From the NCBI GenBank assembly GCA_900315775.1, contig ONAJ01000007.1, forward strand, positions 15,606-79,605: a DNA stretch of 64,000 nt, given 5' to 3'. The DNA is from an uncultured Prevotella sp. GTDB lineage: Bacteria > Bacteroidota > Bacteroidia > Bacteroidales > Bacteroidaceae. Made by a program: the position numbers and the translations under genes. The notes beneath the pieces are model-generated. The model saw only the letters and a list, made by a program, of their open reading frames with translations. It was not told the origin of the DNA and did no database searches. Position 1 is the first letter of the stretch. Each line of letters opens with the position of its first letter. Positions 1 to 9,320 of this stretch are shown here, piece by piece.

Positions 1-1322
1 GGCTTCTCGGCGGGCTCAAGAGTAACGGGGAAGTCGCGACGACTTTCCCTCTGTCCGTCGTTGAGCGACAGATATATCTTGTCGTCACCGCAACGTCCTA
101 TGGTAAGGGTGACGGGAATACGGCGGTCGGCAGTGTTGCCCGCCATAAGACGGTCGAAGGCTACGTCATTATTGCGATAGAGCGCCATTCCCGGTCTCAG
201 GTTGCGCGGCATAGTAAGCGGGAAGAGGCGGTTGCCCTCGGCGCGGTTTACACGGAACCCTTCGAGTTCGCGGTCGCCGTTGAGGAAACACAGTCCGTCG
301 CCGTTGGTGAAGGTGGCGGTGCCTGCCACATTGAACGAGTTTCCGCGGATTTCCTTCACCTTGCCGACATATTCGCCGATAGCCTTGGGGGTGTCGGGCG
401 AGAAGATGTCGCGGGTGCGTCCGTGCAGGAAATACTCGGTGTAACCTCTGTTGAAGGTCTTGTCGAGGTTGGGAGTGAAGGTGTACTCCACCCTACCCGA
501 CGAGGCGCGCTGGTAGCGGTCAGGGTGACGGGCTATTATGGCATTGAGACGCTGCGAGTAGGCAGCGGTGACGTTCTTGACGTAGGAGAGGTCCTTCAGA
601 CGACCTTCTATCTTAAAGGAGACGACGCCTGCGGAGAGAAGCTCTTCGAGACTGTCTATGCGACACATATCACGAAGGGAGAGGAAGTGGCGTCCGCGCT
701 CGATGACGTTGCCGTCGGCATCTTCGAGGTCGAACTTAAGACGACAGAACTGGGCGCACTCGCCACGATTGGCGCTGCGTCCAAAGCAGTACTCGGAGGC
801 GTAACACTGTCCGCTGTAGCTGACGCAGAGGGCTCCGTGAACGAAGACCTCGAGTTCCATATCGGGAACGGCTTTGTGGATAGCACGGATGTCGTCGATG
901 GACAGCTCGCGGGCAAGGACAGCACGCGAGAAGCCTGCATCCTGGAGCCAGCGCACCTTCTCGGCGGTGCGGTTGTCGGCCTGGGTGCTGGCATGAAGCG
1001 CCATACGGAAGTGGTAGTCAGGGAGGAAACGCATGTCCTGAAGAAGTACGGCATCGACGCCGACAGCGTCGAGGTCGGAGAGCAGCTGAAGGGCGTCGGC
1101 GTACTCGTCGTCGCGGACGAGGGTGTTCACCGTAGCATAGACCTTAGCGCCATACTGATGAGCGAAACGTGTGAGGGCGGCGATGTCGTCGATGCTGTTG
1201 CCTGCCTGGGAACGGGCGCCGTAGCGACTCGGTCCTATATAGACGGCATCGGCACCGTGAAGGATGGCTGCCTTGCCTGTCTCCAGATTCTTTGCTGGTG
1301 CAAGTAGCTCAACGTATCTCAT
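1..1322 (-). CDS. Peptidase U32 family protein (PrtC-like), N-terminal ~440 aa; gene runs off the left window edge
   Basis: Own translation of the minus strand from ATG 1322-1320 gives MRYVELLAPAKNLETGKAAILHGADAVYIGPSRYGARSQAGN..., later GALCVSYSGQCYASEYCFGRSANRGECAQFCR. The frame is open to base 1, so it is absent from the ORF track. It overlaps the metA stop by 14 nt. Confidence 0.8.
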   Translation of the reverse strand, partial: MRYVELLAPAKNLETGKAAILHGADAVYIGPSRYGARSQAGNSIDDIAALTRFAHQYGAKVYATVNTLVRDDEYADALQLLSDLDAVGVDAVLLQDMRFLPDYHFRMALHASTQADNRTAEKVRWLQDAGFSRAVLARELSIDDIRAIHKAVPDMELEVFVHGALCVSYSGQCYASEYCFGRSANRGECAQFCRLKFDLEDADGNVIERGRHFLSLRDMCRIDSLEELLSAGVVSFKIEGRLKDLSYVKNVTAAYSQRLNAIIARHPDRYQRASSGRVEYTFTPNLDKTFNRGYTEYFLHGRTRDIFSPDTPKAIGEYVGKVKEIRGNSFNVAGTATFTNGDGLCFLNGDRELEGFRVNRAEGNRLFPLTMPRNLRPGMALYRNNDVAFDRLMAGNTADRRIPVTLTIGRCGDDKIYLSLNDGQRESRRDFPVTLEPAEK

Positions 1323-2226
1323 TAATATCGTATGGTGTTTCCTGATATACGTAGTAGTTTATCCAGTTGGCAAACAGCAGGTTAGCGTGGGCACGCCACG
1401 TTACGAGGGGTCCTTCGGCGGGGTTGTCGTTGCGGTAGTAGTTCACGGGCTGCTCGACGTCGGAACGCTGACCGAGGTCACGACGGTACTCCTTGTCGAG
1501 GGTGTCGGGAGCATACTCCAGATGACCTGTGACGAAGAACTCACGACCTCCACGAGCCATAACCATGCTGACGCCACTCTCGGGAGAGTCGCAGATGACG
1601 GTGAGGGCGGGGTTGCGGAGGATGTCCTCACGACGCACCTCGGAATGACGGCTGTGGGGCATGAAGAAGACGTCGTCGAAGCCGCGGAAGATGGGTAGCG
1701 ACGCGTCGAGGGTGTATTGACGGAAGATGCCGAACATCTTCTTGGGGAGGGTGTATTTGGGGATGCCGTAGTGGTGGTACAGTCCTGCCTGTGCCGCCCA
1801 ACAGATGTAGAGGGTGGACATGACGTGGGTCTGCGCCCAGTTGAATATCTGTGTTATCTCGTCCCAATATTCTACTTTCTCGAAGTCGAGCATCTCCACA
1901 GGAGCACCGGTGATTATCATGCCGTCGAAACGCTCGTCGCACAGTGTGGCGAAGTCTTTGTAGAACATCATCATGTGTTCTATGGGGGTGTTCTTCGGCG
2001 TATGACTCTTCAGTTTCATAAACGTCACCTCTATCTGCAACGGGGTGTTGGAGAGAAGACGTATGAGGTCGGTCTCGGTGGTGATCTTCAGCGGCATGAG
2101 GTTAAGGATGACGATGCGCAGAGGACGGATGTCCTGGGTGTGCGCACGGGTGTCGTCCATAACGAAGATGTTCTCCTGCTTGAGAAGATCTATTGCGGGT
2201 AGTTTATCAGGAAGTCTTAACGGCAT
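1309..2226 (-). CDS. metA: Homoserine O-acyltransferase (MetA family)
   Basis: 305 aa. MPLRLPDKLPAIDLLKQENIFVMD...RPLRIVILNLMP...ICWAAQAGLYHHYGI is typical MetA. Confidence 0.9.
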   Translation of the reverse strand: MPLRLPDKLPAIDLLKQENIFVMDDTRAHTQDIRPLRIVILNLMPLKITTETDLIRLLSNTPLQIEVTFMKLKSHTPKNTPIEHMMMFYKDFATLCDERFDGMIITGAPVEMLDFEKVEYWDEITQIFNWAQTHVMSTLYICWAAQAGLYHHYGIPKYTLPKKMFGIFRQYTLDASLPIFRGFDDVFFMPHSRHSEVRREDILRNPALTVICDSPESGVSMVMARGGREFFVTGHLEYAPDTLDKEYRRDLGQRSDVEQPVNYYRNDNPAEGPLVTWRAHANLLFANWINYYVYQETPYDINEIR

Positions 2227-2242
2227 TCTGTTGTTACTTTTT

Positions 2243-2995
2243 TTATTTGTTTGTTTCTTCGAAGACTACCTTGCTACGGCACACTTCGTGATCGGTATCC
2301 TTGCAGATGCGTACGCAGTACTCGTCGGGAGCGGTCTGTTCGCAGTAGAACGACAGCTTGTCGCCAGCATGACTCTCGGCAACGTAGGCTATCTCGAAAC
2401 GCTTGATACGGTGCGACTTATACCAGTTGAGGTCCCACAGGTCGAGGACGTGTTCGATGTACTTCACGGAGTTGATGTGTCCGTTGATATCTACATCATT
2501 ATAATAGGTGTCGATGGTGCGTACCAGCTGTGCGTTATCGTCCATCTTGACGCGTCCGCCCTTGTCGATGGGACAGGTTTTGTCTTTGTCAATCCACTGA
2601 TTTATGGCACCGTCGTTGATGGCGAGGATGTCGGTGGGCTGACGACTCTCGGTGTCTATCATTGCCCACACGCTGCGTCCGTAGCCATAGAGGTGTCCGT
2701 CGTCGCCGACAACGGAGAAGTTACGCTGTGTGAAGTAGCGCATAGCGTTCTCCACCCACGTCTCTACGGAGAAACGGGTATATTGAAGGGGCATCTCGTC
2801 CATCTCGATGGCGAGGCGCGACAGCACCCACGAGCGGTTGATGCTCATGAGGTAACGCATTCCGAAACCGCGGTCGGTACTGTGGAAGTCGGCAGCGTTG
2901 AGCATGTGGTTGCCTAAGTGTCCCATGAAGAGTCTTCCGGAGAAGTCGCAGTGGAAGGGCTCTGCCATAAACTGGTACTTTCCTACCTTATCCAT
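2243..2995 (-). CDS. Acyl-ACP thioesterase family protein
   Basis: 250 aa with a double hotdog-like layout (FHCDFSGRLFMGHLGNHMLNAADFHS..., second half NDVDINGHINSVKYIEHVLD). Overlaps ilvN by 8 nt. Confidence 0.75.
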   Translation of the reverse strand: MDKVGKYQFMAEPFHCDFSGRLFMGHLGNHMLNAADFHSTDRGFGMRYLMSINRSWVLSRLAIEMDEMPLQYTRFSVETWVENAMRYFTQRNFSVVGDDGHLYGYGRSVWAMIDTESRQPTDILAINDGAINQWIDKDKTCPIDKGGRVKMDDNAQLVRTIDTYYNDVDINGHINSVKYIEHVLDLWDLNWYKSHRIKRFEIAYVAESHAGDKLSFYCEQTAPDEYCVRICKDTDHEVCRSKVVFEETNK

Positions 2996-3530
2996 TCTGG
3001 CGCTCCTCCAAGAATTTACTTACCTCCTCCTGCATGCCTCGGGTGACGGCAATACGTCCGGAACGGGTGTATTGAAGCACACAACCGAAGCTCTCGAGGG
3101 AACGGTAGAGGTCGATGATCTGTTCCGTCATTCCGTGTTTCATCACGATGACATAGGTGGGATTGACCTCGGTGATACTTGCCTCGTGACGACGGATGAC
3201 ACGTGAAATCTCTGAGTTCTCGAGAACCTTCTCGGTAGAGAGTTTATAGAGTGCCGTCTCGCGTATAAACAGCTGGTCGTCAGTGAAATAGTTCGCCTTA
3301 ATGACGTCTATCTTCTTCTCTATCTGACGGGTAATCTTTATTATCTGGTCCTCGTCGCTCCACGCCGTGATGGTGTATTTGTGAACACCCTCGATGCTCG
3401 ACGCCGACACGTTAAGACTCTCGATGTTTACCTGACGACGAGTGAACACCGCCGTTATCTGGTTCAAAATACCTGCGATATTCTCAGAATATACCAGCAG
3501 GGTATATAATGTTTTCTTCTCTTTATGCAT
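2988..3530 (-). CDS. ilvN: Acetolactate synthase small (regulatory) subunit
   Basis: 180 aa. ACT-domain N-terminus LLVYSENIAGILNQITAVFTRRQVNIESLNVS, immediately downstream of ilvB. Confidence 0.9.
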   Translation of the reverse strand: MHKEKKTLYTLLVYSENIAGILNQITAVFTRRQVNIESLNVSASSIEGVHKYTITAWSDEDQIIKITRQIEKKIDVIKANYFTDDQLFIRETALYKLSTEKVLENSEISRVIRRHEASITEVNPTYVIVMKHGMTEQIIDLYRSLESFGCVLQYTRSGRIAVTRGMQEEVSKFLEERQNG

Positions 3531-3542
3531 TTCTACTTATAA

Positions 3543-5246
3543 TTAAATCTCGAGCATCATATCGTTGACATTCATTCCGGGAGGGGTCATAGGCAGGACG
3601 TCGTCGTCCTCCTTGATAGCACATTCAAGGATGAAAGGACCGGGGGTGGTGAGCATTTTCTGCACAGCGGAAGCAAGGTGCTCACGGGAGGTAACCACCT
3701 CATAGCCAATACCGTAGCCGCGGGCGATATGTTCGTACTGCGGATTCATCATCTTGGTAAACGACTTACGGCGCATCCAGAACATATCCTGCCACTGACG
3801 CACGTTACCGAGGTAGTTGTTGTTGAGAAGAACCATCTTCACCGGTGCCTGCTGCTCCATGATGGTACCGAGTTCTTCGATACACATCTGGAAACCACCG
3901 TCGCCCATGAAACATACTACGGTGCGGTCGGTGGCGAAGGTGGCACCGATAGCTGCCGGCATTCCGTAACCCATCGTTCCCAAACCACCACTGGTACAGA
4001 TACTGCGGTTCTCGGGATATTTGAAATAGCGGGTTGCAAAGAGCTGGTTCTGACCAACATCGGTGACGAGGACGGTACCGCGAGGTGCTTTCTCGGCAAC
4101 GGTATTCACTACCTCGCCCATAAGCAGAGGACCCTCGGTGGGATGGATGGCGGGTTCGATGACCTTTGTGCGCTCCTTATCGTCGAGTTCCTTGAAAGAA
4201 TCGCGCCACTCCTTGTGGTCCGCCTTGTTGAGAAGGGCGGTGATGGCGGGCAGCGACTCCTTACAGTCGGCAACGACGGCAACGTCGGTCTTCACACATT
4301 TGTCTATCTCGCTGCGGTCGATGTCGAGGTGAATAATCTTTGCCTGTTTTGCGTAGGTCTTAGTATTACCCGTAACACGGTCGCTGAAACGCATTCCTAT
4401 AGCGATGAGCACGTCGCACTCCTGCTCCTTGAGGTTTACGGCGTAGTTGCCGTGCATGCCGAGCATTCCTACGTTAAGAGGATGTTCCGACGACAGGGCT
4501 GACAGTCCAAGCATAGTACGTCCTGCGGGGATGTCGGCTTTCTCGAGGAAGGCTACGAGCTCCTTCTGTGCACCACCAAGTTCTACACCCTGTCCTACAA
4601 GTGCTAAGGGACGCTTGGCATTGTTGATGAGGTCGGCAGCCTGACGCACAAGACTCTCGTCGAGCTTGGGGTAAGGAACGTAGGAACGTACGAAGTCAAC
4701 CTTTACGGGCTCCCACTCCACCTCTTCTACCTGTGCGTTGCGGGCGAAGTCGAGGACCACAGGACCAGGACGTCCGCTGCGTGCTATGTAGAAGGCGCGA
4801 CTTACTGCCCACGCCACATCCTCGGCGTGACGTATCTGGTAGCTCCACTTTGATATTGGCTGTGCAACGCCTACGAGGTCCACCTCCTGGAAGGCATCGG
4901 TGCCGAGAGCTCCGATAGCTACCTGACCGGCGATGACAACCATAGGCGTGGAGTCGAGCATAGCGTCGGCAACACCAGTAAGGGTGTTGGTAGCTCCAGG
5001 ACCGCTGGTGACGAGGGCTACACCTACTTCGCCAGACACACGTGCATAACCTTCGGCAGCGTGGGTTGCTGCCTGTTCGTGACGTACGAGGATGTGGTCG
5101 AAACACTTCTTCTCGCCTCGTGTGTAGTCGAAAAGGGCATCATAAACTGGCATTATGGAGCCGCCAGGATAACCGAAGATGGTCTTTACACCTTCTGCCT
5201 GCAGCGCTCTCATAAGTGCTTTTGCTCCTGTTATTTTTTCTTTCAT
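3543..5246 (-). CDS. ilvB: Acetolactate synthase large subunit (ThDP-dependent)
   Basis: 567 aa. GAKALMRALQAEGVKTIFGYPGGSIMPVYDAL...GLGTMGYGMPAAIGA...GDGGFQM. Confidence 0.95.
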   Translation of the reverse strand: MKEKITGAKALMRALQAEGVKTIFGYPGGSIMPVYDALFDYTRGEKKCFDHILVRHEQAATHAAEGYARVSGEVGVALVTSGPGATNTLTGVADAMLDSTPMVVIAGQVAIGALGTDAFQEVDLVGVAQPISKWSYQIRHAEDVAWAVSRAFYIARSGRPGPVVLDFARNAQVEEVEWEPVKVDFVRSYVPYPKLDESLVRQAADLINNAKRPLALVGQGVELGGAQKELVAFLEKADIPAGRTMLGLSALSSEHPLNVGMLGMHGNYAVNLKEQECDVLIAIGMRFSDRVTGNTKTYAKQAKIIHLDIDRSEIDKCVKTDVAVVADCKESLPAITALLNKADHKEWRDSFKELDDKERTKVIEPAIHPTEGPLLMGEVVNTVAEKAPRGTVLVTDVGQNQLFATRYFKYPENRSICTSGGLGTMGYGMPAAIGATFATDRTVVCFMGDGGFQMCIEELGTIMEQQAPVKMVLLNNNYLGNVRQWQDMFWMRRKSFTKMMNPQYEHIARGYGIGYEVVTSREHLASAVQKMLTTPGPFILECAIKEDDDVLPMTPPGMNVNDMMLEI

Positions 5247-5260
5247 TTTTTTTCTTTTTT

Positions 5261-5340
5261 TTTTCTAGGGTTTCCTAGGGGTTCCTAGGCGTTCCTAGGC
5301 GTTCCTAGGATTTCCTAGGCGTTCCTAGGCTTTCCTAGGC
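5261..5340. repeat. 10-bp tandem array (GTTCCTAGGC)n: 7 perfect CCTAGG palindromes plus 1 degenerate TCTAGG
   Basis: CCTAGG lies at 5274, 5284, 5294, 5304, 5314, 5324 and 5334, exactly 10 bp apart. The ilvD stop TAG (5337-5335) is inside the last unit. A T10-C-T8 tract (A-rich on the coding strand) links the array to the ilvB ATG. Confidence 0.95.
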
Positions 5341-7137
5341 TATTACTCTTACTCCTCCTTTATCTGCTGACGACACGCTCTGTGCATAGGCGCGTAAAGC
5401 CTTGCTAACCTGACGGTTACGCTTCAGCGGCTGCTGAGGACGTGCTGCCAGCTCTTCGTCAGAGAGTTTAACATTAATGCTACGACTTGGTATGTCGATG
5501 ACGATGATGTCACCATCTTTTATCTTTCCGATGTTTCCGCCTGATGCCGCCTCGGGTGAGATATGTCCTATGCTGAGACCACTCGTGCCGCCAGAGAAAC
5601 GTCCGTCGGTGATGAGGGCGCACTCCTTACCGAGGTGCATAGACTTGATGTAGCTCGTAGGATAGAGCATCTCCTGCATACCGGGACCGCCCTTAGGACC
5701 TTCGTGGGTGATGACAACACAGTCGCCGCTCTTTACCTTACCGCCAAGGATGCCCTCGCAGGCGTCCTCCTGAGAGTCGAAGACTACAGCGGGTCCTTCG
5801 AAGTGCCACAGCTGCTCATCGACGCCGGCAGTCTTTACCACACAGCCGTCCTGGGCGATGTTGCCAAAGAGAACTGCCAGACCGCCATCCTTTGTGTAGG
5901 CGTGCTCAATGTCGCGGATACAACCGTTGGTACGGTCTTTGTCGAGTTCACCCCACTGGGCACTCTGACTGCCCATCTTCGTAGAGAAGCGGTTACCTGG
6001 TGCCGACTGATATATGCGATTTGCTTCTGCGTCAATATCTGTCTTTGTAATATCGTATTTCTTGAGTTGCTCACCAATTGTCTTGCCGTCAACACGCTTA
6101 CAACTGCCGTCGATAAGACCTCCCTTGGAGAGTTCGTTCATGATACCAAGGATTCCACCAGCACGGTTACACTCCTGCACGCTGTATTTCTGGGTGTTCG
6201 GAGCGAGTTTACAGAGACAAGGTGTCTTACGACTAAGCTTGTCGATGTCGCTCATTGTGAAGTTTACTCCTGCCTCCTGAGCTACTGCCAACAGGTGGAG
6301 TACGGTATTTGTGGAACCGCCCATAGCGATGTCGAGAGTCATAGCGTTGAGGAATGCCTCGCGGGTAGCTATAGAGCGCGGCAGAACACTCTCGTCGCCA
6401 TCCTCGTAGTAGGCAAAGGCGTTCTTTACAACTTGACGTGCTGCCTGTTTGAAGAGCTCTACACGATTGGTGTGGGTAGCAAGAATTGTTCCGTTGCCGG
6501 GAAGCGACAAACCGATAGCCTCAGTGAGTGAGTTCATTGAGTTGGCGGTGAACATTCCCGAGCAGGAACCGCAACCGGGACAAGAGCACTGCTCTATCTC
6601 GCGCATCTCGTCGTCGGTAACTGTGGGGTCGGCACCTTTCACCATAGCTGTGATGAGGTCGGCATTCTCTCCGCGCCAGCGTCCTGCCTCCATAGGTCCT
6701 CCCGAGCAGAACACCGTAGGGATGTTGAGACGCATTGACGCCATAAGCATTCCTGGTGTCACCTTGTCGCAGTTGGAGATGCAAATCATAGCATCTGCCT
6801 TATGCGCATTAACCATATACTCTACGGAGTCGGCAATGATGTCGCGTGAGGGCAGAGAGTAAAGCATACCGTCGTGACCCATAGCGATACCGTCGTCGAT
6901 AGCTATAGTGTTAAACTCGGCAGCGTAACAGCCCATCTTCTCTATCTCTTCGCGGACAATCTGTCCTATCTCGTGAAGATGGGTATGTCCCGGAACAAAC
7001 TGAGTAAAGGAATTTACTACTGCGATTATAGGCTTTCCGAACTGTTCGGGTTTCATACCTGTGGCTACCCAAAGAGCTCTTGAGCCAGCCATTCTCCTAC
7101 CTTCCGTACAAACAGAACTTCTCAACTGATGTTTCAT
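5335..7137 (-). CDS. ilvD: Dihydroxy-acid dehydratase
   Basis: 600 aa. [24 protein letters not shown]...[11 protein letters not shown]...[11 protein letters not shown]. Confidence 0.95.
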   Translation of the reverse strand: MKHQLRSSVCTEGRRMAGSRALWVATGMKPEQFGKPIIAVVNSFTQFVPGHTHLHEIGQIVREEIEKMGCYAAEFNTIAIDDGIAMGHDGMLYSLPSRDIIADSVEYMVNAHKADAMICISNCDKVTPGMLMASMRLNIPTVFCSGGPMEAGRWRGENADLITAMVKGADPTVTDDEMREIEQCSCPGCGSCSGMFTANSMNSLTEAIGLSLPGNGTILATHTNRVELFKQAARQVVKNAFAYYEDGDESVLPRSIATREAFLNAMTLDIAMGGSTNTVLHLLAVAQEAGVNFTMSDIDKLSRKTPCLCKLAPNTQKYSVQECNRAGGILGIMNELSKGGLIDGSCKRVDGKTIGEQLKKYDITKTDIDAEANRIYQSAPGNRFSTKMGSQSAQWGELDKDRTNGCIRDIEHAYTKDGGLAVLFGNIAQDGCVVKTAGVDEQLWHFEGPAVVFDSQEDACEGILGGKVKSGDCVVITHEGPKGGPGMQEMLYPTSYIKSMHLGKECALITDGRFSGGTSGLSIGHISPEAASGGNIGKIKDGDIIVIDIPSRSINVKLSDEELAARPQQPLKRNRQVSKALRAYAQSVSSADKGGVRVIA

Positions 7138-7165
7138 CTTGTTACCTTATTTATATAATACGTTG

Positions 7166-7173
7166 CAAAGTTA
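7166..7173 (-). promoter_or_regulatory. Bacteroidota -7 promoter box TAACTTTG upstream of ilvD
   Basis: Matches TAnnTTTG on the minus strand, 28 nt upstream of the ilvD ATG. Confidence 0.45.
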
Positions 7174-7224
7174 CTAAGTTTTCACAAGAACACCAACTAT
7201 TTATCGCTAAATTTGCATAAATGC

Positions 7225-7260
7225 AAAAAAAGAGGATGTACCCTAAGGCACATCCCCTCT
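7225..7260 (-). terminator. Putative rho-independent terminator after the OmpA-like gene
   Basis: The minus strand reads GAGGGGATGTGCCTTAGGGTACATCCTC followed by TTTTTTT. The stem has a bulge. Confidence 0.5.
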
Positions 7261-7286
7261 TATTGTTTTAAAATTAGTCTTGCTAA

Positions 7287-8489
7287 TTATTTAGCGTTGT
7301 CGTTGAATGTAGCAACGCGGTTGAACTCAACCTGCTCGAAGAGCTTGTCTGTTGCACCCATACCCTTTGTAGAAAGGCGGTCAGCAGCAATCTTGTACTT
7401 CTTAACGAGAGCGTTCTTTACAGCCTCTGCACGTGCTGCAGAAAGCTTCTGGTTGAACTCTGCCTTACCCTCTGGAGAAGCGTAACCCTTGATCTCGATC
7501 TTAGCATCTGGGTGGTTCTTCATGTAGTGAGCAATGAGCTCGATTGGAGCGTACTGAGCTGCGTCGATAGTGCTCTTACCCTGACGGAAGAGAACTGTTG
7601 GCTGCAGGTTAGTAGCTGTCTCTGGCTTAACGTACTTTGGCTTAGCGTTGCACTCGTCGAGAGCCTTCTGGAGGTCAGCAATCTGACGATCCTTAGCTGC
7701 GAGAGCTGCGTCCTTACCATCGAGTTCACCACGGAGACCGTTGATGCGTGCGTTCAGACCGTCGATTTCAGCCTGGTCACGGAGCTGCTCAACTGCGAAG
7801 TTGTGAGTACCGTTGCTGCAAGCGAACTTGTAGTTAACACCAGCCTTCAGACCGAACATACCGTTGAGCTTCTTCTCGTTCTCAAATGCAGGCTGTGACT
7901 TTCTGAATGGGTTAGCCCAACCGTTAGCCAGCATTGCGTATGGCTCGAGGTAAACCTGCCACTCCTTGTCTGCGCCGAGGTTCATAGCGAAGTCGATAGC
8001 AGCCTTAGCGTTGATACCACCTTCTTTTCTAGCCCAGTCACGTGTGTAACCACCACCAACGAGAGCGATAACCTCGAATGTACGTGGCTGACCCTGGTAA
8101 CCGCAGAATGCGTTCATAAGGTTCCAAGTTGACATCAGGTCGAAAGATGTAGCGTTGATGAAAGTCTTGCTACCTACCATAGACTTGCCTTTGCCGTACA
8201 TACCCTTCTGCTTGTTAGCGAAGTATGCGTCAACGTCCAAAGCAAGACCGAATACTGTAGTAAGGTTCTTACCTACGCGGATACCGAACTCAGGAGTGAT
8301 ACCCTTGAAGAAACCTGCCTTCTTGTCACCAGCAGCGTCGAAGCTGTACTTTGACATAGGAGTAGCAACACCAGCGTTGATACCTACGTACCAGTTGTCC
8401 TGTGCCTTATTGGCAGTAACTGTTGTTCTCTGTGCAGAAACAGAGGCTGTCAGCATAGCTGCAGCAAAAACTAAGAATAATTTTTTCAT
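7287..8489 (-). CDS. OmpA-family outer membrane protein (beta-barrel, coiled-coil linker, OmpA_C peptidoglycan-binding domain)
   Basis: 400 aa. Signal peptide MKKLFLVFAAAMLTASVSAQ. C-terminus LFRQGKSTID...IKGYASPEGKAEFNQKLSAARAEAV. Confidence 0.85.
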   Translation of the reverse strand: MKKLFLVFAAAMLTASVSAQRTTVTANKAQDNWYVGINAGVATPMSKYSFDAAGDKKAGFFKGITPEFGIRVGKNLTTVFGLALDVDAYFANKQKGMYGKGKSMVGSKTFINATSFDLMSTWNLMNAFCGYQGQPRTFEVIALVGGGYTRDWARKEGGINAKAAIDFAMNLGADKEWQVYLEPYAMLANGWANPFRKSQPAFENEKKLNGMFGLKAGVNYKFACSNGTHNFAVEQLRDQAEIDGLNARINGLRGELDGKDAALAAKDRQIADLQKALDECNAKPKYVKPETATNLQPTVLFRQGKSTIDAAQYAPIELIAHYMKNHPDAKIEIKGYASPEGKAEFNQKLSAARAEAVKNALVKKYKIAADRLSTKGMGATDKLFEQVEFNRVATFNDNAK

Positions 8490-8734
8490 TGTTTCTCTAA
8501 ATTTAATTAATTAAATTGAATAAATACTCTCTTATTTTTTTAATTTGGGTGCAAAATAAGGAAAAATTCTTGAAACTTCCAAATATTTTTGAAAAAAAAA
8601 CATGTTTTAAGACTAAATTTCTGTGTTGTCGTGCACACAAACACAATAAACGATAATTTTTTGAACATTTTTACAACTCATATAAAAAATGATAAAATAT
8701 ATGTTATTTCATGTTCCCACTATATTAAAAGATG

Positions 8735-8742
8735 TAACTTTG
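8735..8742 (+). promoter_or_regulatory. -7 box TAACTTTG only 5 nt before the cobU ATG
   Basis: TAnnTTTG match. The spacing implies a leaderless or near-leaderless mRNA. Confidence 0.4.
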
Positions 8743-8747
8743 TGCCC

Positions 8748-9272
8748 ATGAAAAGAATTATCCTTATTACTGGGGGGCAGCGCTCGGGAAAGAGTGAGTA
8801 TGCAGAGAAGATGGCGCTAAAGCTGAGTGAGCACCCCGTATATATGGCTACAGCCCACATCTGGGACGAGGACTTCAAACAGCGAGTGAAGAGACACCAG
8901 GAGAGGAGGGGCGACAACTGGACTACCATAGAGGAAGAACAGCACCTTAGTCGTCACGACGTCAGCGGACAGGTGGTCGTCATAGACTGTATCACCCTTT
9001 GGCTTACGAATTTCTTCTATATATATAATAAGGTGGAAACGACACTCGAGAAGATAAAGGAAGAATTTGATAAGTTTACAGAACAGGATGCCACCTTCAT
9101 ATTCGTGACAAACGAGATAGGACTTGGTGGAATAGCCAGCGACCCGCTACAGCGACAGTTTACTGATTTGCAGGGCTGGATGAACCAATATGTTGCAGAG
9201 AAGGCTGACGAGGTGGTGCTGATGGTTAGTGGGATAGCGGTGGATATAAAGAGGTTAGAGGTTAGAGGTTAG
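8748..9272 (+). CDS. cobU: Adenosylcobinamide kinase / adenosylcobinamide-phosphate guanylyltransferase
   Basis: Start re-set to internal Met 54 of ORF 8589..9272: MKRIILITGGQRSGKSEYAE (P-loop). The upstream part of the ORF is AT-rich promoter DNA. Confidence 0.9.
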   Translation: MKRIILITGGQRSGKSEYAEKMALKLSEHPVYMATAHIWDEDFKQRVKRHQERRGDNWTTIEEEQHLSRHDVSGQVVVIDCITLWLTNFFYIYNKVETTLEKIKEEFDKFTEQDATFIFVTNEIGLGGIASDPLQRQFTDLQGWMNQYVAEKADEVVLMVSGIAVDIKRLEVRG

Positions 9273-9320
9273 AGGTTAGGGGATAGAATTATGAATTATG
9301 CATTATGAATTATGAATTAC
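9253..9320. repeat. Two abutting heptamer arrays: (GGTTAGA)x5 then (GAATTAT)x5
   Basis: The cobU stop TAG (9270-9272) lies inside the first array and the cobT ATG (9312) lies inside the second. Confidence 0.95.

Noticed and set aside
423-1307. 294-aa plus-strand ORF, plus similar long ORFs antisense to recognised genes (for example 2045..2917, 3678..4502, 5563..6531, 12610..13485, 32107..32871, 34199..35170, 53067..54257, 60474..61247).
   Set aside because: Each lies opposite a gene with clear family motifs. Their products are V/G/L/E/R-rich with no recognisable domains, as expected for shadow ORFs in moderately GC-rich coding DNA.
8589-8747. N-terminal extensions of ORFs in the track (cobU 8589-8747, nuclease 20971-21105, MATE 22353-22757, aguA 22449-22466, 17538-17588).
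   Set aside because: The extensions run through AT-rich promoter DNA or TAnnTTTG boxes, or overlap the divergent gene. Internal Met codons give canonical N-termini (P-loop, signal peptides).
8515-8747. A cobalamin riboswitch upstream of cobU-cobT-cobS.
   Set aside because: The region is AT-rich with no B12-box-like GC-rich core or conserved stems that I could find. The promoter box sits 5 nt from the ATG, which leaves no leader.
9253-9287. GGTTAGA arrays as telomere-like repeats (similarity to TTAGGG).
   Set aside because: The arrays are internal, short, and tied to stop codons of ordinary operon genes. The resemblance is coincidental.
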